Shown: piece by piece, positions 58,861 to 64,000 of the stretch
Numbering within the stretch: position 1 is the first letter of the stretch
Layout: every line of letters begins with the position of its first letter
Source: a virus
Length of the DNA: 64,000 bases
Strand: one strand, 5' to 3'
IMG/VR virus record: IMGVR_UViG_3300045995_000108
Coordinates: 1 to 64,000 of that record
Position numbers and translations under genes: made by a program
Notes under the pieces: model-generated
Databases searched by the model: none
The model's input: the letters and a program-made list of their open reading frames with translations, nothing else
Told to the model about the DNA's origin: nothing

Positions 58861-60318
58861 ATGGACATCTACTTAAACTATCTTCCCTACGTGCTTGCTG
58901 GTACGTTGTACGGATTCATATTCGGGCTCATTCCTGTAGCAGGTGCACTAACTGGGCTAATCACCATTTACGGATTCATTGACGTATTTCATAACTCACC
59001 CTACGGATTGGTTGTGTTTACCACCGCCCTAGTTGTCAGTTGTAGCATAGGTGACTTATTCTCGTCTATCGTTATGAACATTCCCGGTGCTGCGGGCAGT
59101 GCAGCAACAATGGTAGATGGGTTTCCAATGTCTAAGAAAGGACAAGCGGCAAGGGCACTTAGCGCAGGTATCTTCTCTAGCGTGGGGCAAGGTGCAATCT
59201 GGGGCATACTCGTTTTTGCTTTCCTTCCGTACTATGCGCCTGTGGTGTTAAGTTTTGGTATACCAGAAATGCTGTGCTTCCTAATACTTGCAATGACTTG
59301 CGTTACCTTTATCAACAGTCATTATTGGGTGCGTGGACTTATTGCATTGGCCGCAGGCATCTTTGTTGGGCTAATTGGTATGGACCCAAACACAGGTGCA
59401 GCACGATTTACGGGTGGCTGGTACTACTTACAAGATGGTGTTCAGATTGTCCCTATTTTGGCAGGCTTCCTGGCTATACCAGAATTGCTAGAAGCACTGT
59501 ACTTTCAAGTCAAACACATCCCACCACCAAAGGATACATGGGAACAGATTAAGCAAGGTATGCGTGATGCGTGGCGTTACAGAAATGACAGTGCAAGGGC
59601 AGGATTGATTGGTGGTGTGATTGGTTTACTGCCTGGCATTGGTGGTAGCATTGTGGATTGGCTAGCGTATGGGCAAACATGTGCACTAGCGAAGAACGAC
59701 AAGATTCCGTTTGGCGAAGGTAATGTGCGTGGTGTAGTGGGAGCAGAGGGTGCGGGTATGGCACAGAAGGCAACTGCTTATGTCCCCACAGTTTTGTTTG
59801 GTGTCCCAGCAGCGCCGTTTGAAGTTATCATCATGTCACTGTTCATGATGGTAGGGTTGGAAATGGGATCAGTGCAGTTACTCACTGATAGGACGTTCTT
59901 TAATGCGCTAAGTTATGGTTACATGGTAAGCCTTGTACTTACATTCTTCATATCTATCGTGTTCATTAAGTATGCGTCAGGCATAACAAAAGTGCCCATG
60001 AAGTATTATTTCATCCCTATCCTGGGCGTAATTGTGTGGTCGTCCGTGCAGTACACAGGTGGGTGGGAAGACTATGTCATCCTTGCAATTTGCTCTGCCC
60101 TGGGTATGTTATTCAAGCACTTTAAATTTAGCCGTGCATGTCTTATCGTGGGTGTTGTATTGGCAGGTAGATTGGAAAAGACATCAATTCAGTTTAATAC
60201 ACTGTACACCTGGCAAGAAGTTATTACTCGTCCTATTGCAATGGGCTTGCTTGCATTTACTTTGGTTGCCATAGTCTATGGGATATTTTTCAGTAAGTCT
60301 AAGATAAGCTACACATAA
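58861..60318 (+). CDS. Tripartite tricarboxylate transporter TctA-like membrane subunit
   Basis: GLIP, NIPGAAGSAATMVDGFPMSKKGQAARAL, GLLPGIGG, FGEGNVRGVVGAE. Confidence 0.88.
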   Translation: MDIYLNYLPYVLAGTLYGFIFGLIPVAGALTGLITIYGFIDVFHNSPYGLVVFTTALVVSCSIGDLFSSIVMNIPGAAGSAATMVDGFPMSKKGQAARALSAGIFSSVGQGAIWGILVFAFLPYYAPVVLSFGIPEMLCFLILAMTCVTFINSHYWVRGLIALAAGIFVGLIGMDPNTGAARFTGGWYYLQDGVQIVPILAGFLAIPELLEALYFQVKHIPPPKDTWEQIKQGMRDAWRYRNDSARAGLIGGVIGLLPGIGGSIVDWLAYGQTCALAKNDKIPFGEGNVRGVVGAEGAGMAQKATAYVPTVLFGVPAAPFEVIIMSLFMMVGLEMGSVQLLTDRTFFNALSYGYMVSLVLTFFISIVFIKYASGITKVPMKYYFIPILGVIVWSSVQYTGGWEDYVILAICSALGMLFKHFKFSRACLIVGVVLAGRLEKTSIQFNTLYTWQEVITRPIAMGLLAFTLVAIVYGIFFSKSKISYT

Positions 60319-60405
60319 ATACTTGGCTTGCACAGTAAGTACACTCAACACCAAGGTTGCGAGAGTACAGTTATTAACCAAGCTGACACTTCAAAAGGAA
60401 AAATC

Positions 60406-61473
60406 ATGTCATTATTTAAACGTGCCATTCTGGCACTCGCGGTCTTTACGGCTGCACTTTCTGCTCACGCGGATTATCGTTTCATCGTACCACAAGAACC
60501 CGGAAACGGAACAGACATTTGGGCACGTATCATTGCTAGAGAAATGGAAAAGAAGCTAGGTGAGAAAATCATCGTAGACAACATTCCAGGCGCTAACGAT
60601 GTACCGGGCTTTAACAAGTTCCACAATACACTGCGCAAAGATCCAAAGACAGTTATGGTCGCACACGGTGGCAACGCTGAATCGTTCTTGTACCAAAACG
60701 TAGATTACAACTATGCAGAGTACGACCCAATTGGTCTGCAAAACTTAACTATTATGGTTGGTCGTCGTAACGACTCTGATCCATTCAAAGATGTAGTAAA
60801 GTTTCCTAATGCGTCAGGAACCAATCCTGACATCATTGCAATGACGTTGCTTGTATGTGGACCAGGCAAGACAATGAAAGAGTATGCTGCTTGCTTCCAC
60901 GAACATTTCAAATATGTTAAAGGCATGACAGGCAATGAGCGTAAACTGTCTTACATGCGCGGTGAAGTTAACGCTATCCGCGAAACTCCATCTGCGTACT
61001 TAAAGAACATTCGGCCACAGCCTGCCAACATTGATTGGTTTAGTGCAGGTGTCCTTGATCTGAAGACTGGAAAGGTTGTAGCAGATGTTAATTTTCCAGG
61101 AGTAGACTTCCAATCAGTTTACAAAAAGAAGTGGGGCGTTGCTCCTTCTGGTGACTTATACGATGCATGGTCGTTAATTAAGAACTATCGTGACGTATTG
61201 CAAAAGGCGCTGTACGTTGACAAAGGCAATCCTAACAAGGAAGTATTGCGCAAGGCATTGCGTGATACATTAGCTGATCCAGTGTCGCTTGCTATCATCG
61301 AAAAAGAAACTGGCAAGTACGAATGGTTCATTGGCGACGATGTGGCTAAGGCACACAAAGCACTTGAAGCATTGACTACCCGTAAGGCACTAAAGGATCT
61401 AGTATGGTGGGTTTCCACTGTGCTTAACCAAGAAGCTATCTACAAAGACAACATCGCTAAAGTAGCGCACTAA
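60406..61473 (+). CDS. TctC/Bug-like periplasmic binding protein
   Basis: Signal peptide; IVPQEPGNGTDIWAR, IIVDNIPGA. Confidence 0.8.
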   Translation: MSLFKRAILALAVFTAALSAHADYRFIVPQEPGNGTDIWARIIAREMEKKLGEKIIVDNIPGANDVPGFNKFHNTLRKDPKTVMVAHGGNAESFLYQNVDYNYAEYDPIGLQNLTIMVGRRNDSDPFKDVVKFPNASGTNPDIIAMTLLVCGPGKTMKEYAACFHEHFKYVKGMTGNERKLSYMRGEVNAIRETPSAYLKNIRPQPANIDWFSAGVLDLKTGKVVADVNFPGVDFQSVYKKKWGVAPSGDLYDAWSLIKNYRDVLQKALYVDKGNPNKEVLRKALRDTLADPVSLAIIEKETGKYEWFIGDDVAKAHKALEALTTRKALKDLVWWVSTVLNQEAIYKDNIAKVAH

Positions 61474-61474
61474 C

Positions 61475-62101
61475 ATGCCCGCCTACAAATATATTTTCAT
61501 TGTAGGTGCTCCTGGTAGCAAGTGGAGTGGGGTCAGTAAAAATATTTACTATTCAAAGGATATTGATCGCAGCGATTACAGCGAGGAGCGAGAATATTGG
61601 CGTAACGGGCAACTCATGCACTCAGGCGCATATTTTGACCCGGGTATGGAGTTTGGCGAGTTTTTTGATGTGCTTCACATGCACACAAAAGAAGAATGCG
61701 AAGCAGAGTTTGATCGTCCGTTCTCAGGAGAGGGTGTTCGCATCATTAAGTCGCATTGCTTTGCTAATCACATTGACTTTATCAAGGAAACATGGCCTGA
61801 GTGCCCTGTTGTGCTAGTGTACAGGGATGATGATCAATGTTTGGGCTGGTGGGTGAAGAGTGGGCATTTTGATATTACCTATCCGCTATATAATAAATAT
61901 TATGTGAACCTGCATGAAATGGGCGTGATTATTTCGCAACAAAACGCAGGCATCCTTGAGGCTGAGCGCAAGTATTTTAAGTTTGAGTTTATGGATCTTC
62001 GTAATAATCTTCAACTATGCGATGCGTTGGACATCGCTACCCCACCAGTTGAGTACATGCAGCAATACTCGGAATCAGATGTAAAGGTATATGTAATATG
62101 A
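61475..62101 (+). CDS. Sulfotransferase-like P-loop protein
   Basis: IFIVGAPGSKWS, IIKSH, VLVYR. Confidence 0.5.
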   Translation: MPAYKYIFIVGAPGSKWSGVSKNIYYSKDIDRSDYSEEREYWRNGQLMHSGAYFDPGMEFGEFFDVLHMHTKEECEAEFDRPFSGEGVRIIKSHCFANHIDFIKETWPECPVVLVYRDDDQCLGWWVKSGHFDITYPLYNKYYVNLHEMGVIISQQNAGILEAERKYFKFEFMDLRNNLQLCDALDIATPPVEYMQQYSESDVKVYVI

Positions 62102-62169
62102 CAACAAAAAGAATGCATTCCACTTGACCCCATAGTCCAAGCTAAATAACATATAACTGAATTAAAACT

Positions 62170-62760
62170 ATGGCACAGGACATTACAGACGTAATCAACA
62201 ACGTAAAAACGCTAACTATGACGGATAGCGCCATCAATACCATGATGGACTTTGAACGTGTGATTGATGAATTAGATTTATACGCATTTGCTAACTGGAA
62301 AAAGGGCGAACTAGTAGAAGGTCCCATTTACGAAAAGTATTTCGTAACATGCACATTTATGTGGCCTTACAAGTTTATGCCCGATCCACGTGCAGCAGAG
62401 CGTTTAACTGACTATGGCTGCGAAGTAGGTTACAAGCGTGACCACTTAGAATATCCTGTTAAGATTAAGCAATCAACAGATTTTAAGCCTGGCACTAAGT
62501 TTCCCAAATCAGCTAAGGCACCTGTTTGGTTAGTAAAGATTGTTATGCCTAAGACGTTAATGCAAGAGATTCACCAAGGTTCTATGGAACTTGAAGCTGG
62601 CGACGTTGACATGGAAGACATTGAACAAGCATACGAAACTGGACAGGACGACAAACAATATAAGACCGGCACTGCCGCACCAGTAGGTGGGCAACCGGCA
62701 CCAGGCGGCGCTCCGGGCGCACCTGCACCAGGTGGAGCACCAAATGCACAGCAAGCTTAA
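62170..62760 (+). CDS. Hypothetical late phage protein
   Basis: CTAAATA upstream; DFERVIDELDLYAFANW; P/A/G-rich tail. Confidence 0.75.
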   Translation: MAQDITDVINNVKTLTMTDSAINTMMDFERVIDELDLYAFANWKKGELVEGPIYEKYFVTCTFMWPYKFMPDPRAAERLTDYGCEVGYKRDHLEYPVKIKQSTDFKPGTKFPKSAKAPVWLVKIVMPKTLMQEIHQGSMELEAGDVDMEDIEQAYETGQDDKQYKTGTAAPVGGQPAPGGAPGAPAPGGAPNAQQA

Positions 62761-63292
62761 TGAAGGTTTAGAGCAAAACGACTTGAAGCGCCTTGTGCAC
62801 TCCGAGTTGCACATTGACGAGTTTAAGAGCAAGCTAGGTCGTGACGAAGATGTTATTGTCACAAGCTTCAAGCTAAAGGGTAAAGAACCAGCTAAAGACT
62901 TGATGAGCTTCTGCGAAAAGGGCTATACTTGGGTATTAGACGCTGATGTTTCCTCTGGTGAAATGGACGATGGTGACTATGTTGTGTTCGTTGAATGCGA
63001 GCGTAACGAGCAGTACCCAGAGAATCTAATGCAATTGATGTTTGACTTGATGAACTTGACTGAGCAAAAGATTGAAGACTGGCGCTTTCGCTACCACAAG
63101 TCCCACGAAGATCACGAAGTTGATACAGACGTACTTCGCGAGATTGTTCCGTTAAGCACTAGCGCATACGAGAAGAAGTTCGGTCATACAGAGATAGACA
63201 AACTCAAAGCATCAGCTGGTGTTAAAGTAACAACCAAGGCTCCAGTCAACGCTCATACTGAATCCCTTCGTCGTGCAGCGGGCTTAATTTAA
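62744..63292 (+). CDS. Hypothetical phage protein
   Basis: IDEFKSKLG, LDADVSSGE; GGAG RBS. Confidence 0.75.
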   Translation: MHSKLNEGLEQNDLKRLVHSELHIDEFKSKLGRDEDVIVTSFKLKGKEPAKDLMSFCEKGYTWVLDADVSSGEMDDGDYVVFVECERNEQYPENLMQLMFDLMNLTEQKIEDWRFRYHKSHEDHEVDTDVLREIVPLSTSAYEKKFGHTEIDKLKASAGVKVTTKAPVNAHTESLRRAAGLI

Positions 63293-63329
63293 CCGAAAAT
63301 CCATAAATACGGTATCAAGGAGATATCGT

Positions 63330-63971
63330 ATGGATTTCACAAAAGAGCAATTAGAGCAAATTATCGTTGGTAACGATCACGTAGACGAGTGGTACACCGC
63401 GTTGCAAACGGTAATCGAGAAGTACGAGTTAAACACTCCTAATCGTTTAGCAGGATTCCTTGCGCAATGTGCACACGAATCCAATGGATTCAAAGTAATC
63501 CGCGAGAACCTAAATTACAAGTGGGAATCGCTACGCCGTGTGTTCCCTAAGTATTTCCCAACAGACGACTTAGCAAAGCTATACGCACACAATCAAGAGA
63601 AAATTGCTAATCGCGTATATGGCGGGCGTATGGGCAACGGACCAGAAACAACAGGTGACGGTTGGAAGTACTCTGGTCGCGGATTAATCCAACTTACAGG
63701 TCACGACAATTACAAAAATTTTGCTGACAGCATTGGCATGACGCTGGACGAAGTAGTAGCACATTTAGGTACATTTGAAGGTGCTGCTGACTCTGCAGGT
63801 TGGTTCTGGAACTCACGCAATTTAAATGATTGCGCTGATGCGGATGACATTCTCACAATGACTAAGAAGATCAATGGCGGCACAATTGGATTAGAAGAGC
63901 GTACTAAAAATTACGAACACGCCAAGGAAGTATTAACTCCTAAGGAAGAACAAAATGCTGTGGATTCTTAA
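63330..63971 (+). CDS. Glycoside hydrolase family 19 endolysin
   Basis: FLAQCAHES, ENLNY, GRGLIQLTG..NY, TKKINGG; late ATAAATA box and AAGGAG. Confidence 0.92.
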   Translation: MDFTKEQLEQIIVGNDHVDEWYTALQTVIEKYELNTPNRLAGFLAQCAHESNGFKVIRENLNYKWESLRRVFPKYFPTDDLAKLYAHNQEKIANRVYGGRMGNGPETTGDGWKYSGRGLIQLTGHDNYKNFADSIGMTLDEVVAHLGTFEGAADSAGWFWNSRNLNDCADADDILTMTKKINGGTIGLEERTKNYEHAKEVLTPKEEQNAVDS

Positions 63972-64000
63972 TTTTTTCCCTGACTGGTTCTTTCACTTAA

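Larger units (their letters stand above)
1536..63309. promoter_or_regulatory. T4-like late promoter boxes (consensus [A/C]TAAATA)
   Basis: On + near 1536, 2146, 3369, 33622, 34217, 40961, 44026, 47795, 60315, 62142 and 63303; on - just upstream of the genes starting at 30088, 48401 and 58821. Resembles T4 gp55 TATAAATA and precedes structural and lysis genes. Confidence 0.7.

Noticed and set aside
1-64000. Stop-codon reassignment as seen in some large phages
   Set aside because: Known genes are full length in code 11, and TAG, TGA and TAA all end genes at sensible positions.
1-64000. tRNA genes
   Set aside because: No cloverleaf or GTTCRA T-arm found by eye in the few intergenic gaps; tRNAscan-SE would be needed to exclude them fully.

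Overview
This window is 64 kb of a large lytic dsDNA phage (T4-like/jumbo-type, probably with a proteobacterial host; host is inference), not a bacterial chromosome. Genes are densely packed, mostly on the + strand, and read normally in code 11. There are about 16 near-identical sigma70-type early promoters and many T4-like late TAAATA boxes. Recognisable genes: (1) a signalling block with a MASE3-GGDEF-EAL protein, a BLUF photoreceptor, PrkA/YeaG-YeaH-SpoVR/YcgB and an HD hydrolase; (2) replication and repair genes: DNA ligase, clamp loader, a stand-alone DnaE fragment, RNA ligase plus polynucleotide kinase; (3) host-like genes: IF-1, ErpA/IscA, GroES, PhoH, MazG, a PspA-like protein, an SBP-LysM fusion and TctA/TctC; (4) tail/baseplate proteins and a GH19 endolysin. 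Most unusual: (a) a 7.6-kb tandem array of 26 paralogous mini-genes ending in an F-x-L-[KR]-W motif, whose terminal codons double as the RBS or start codon of the next gene; some carry N-terminal pieces resembling core phage proteins (capsid Gol-like peptide, ATPase Walker A), suggesting an immune-decoy library; (b) a second stand-alone capsid-fragment gene; (c) a ~550-nt ORF-free, heavily base-paired region with a possible pseudoknot (candidate large ncRNA); (d) widespread leaderless transcripts; (e) a candidate +1 recoding site. All homology calls come from motif recognition by eye; no searches were run.
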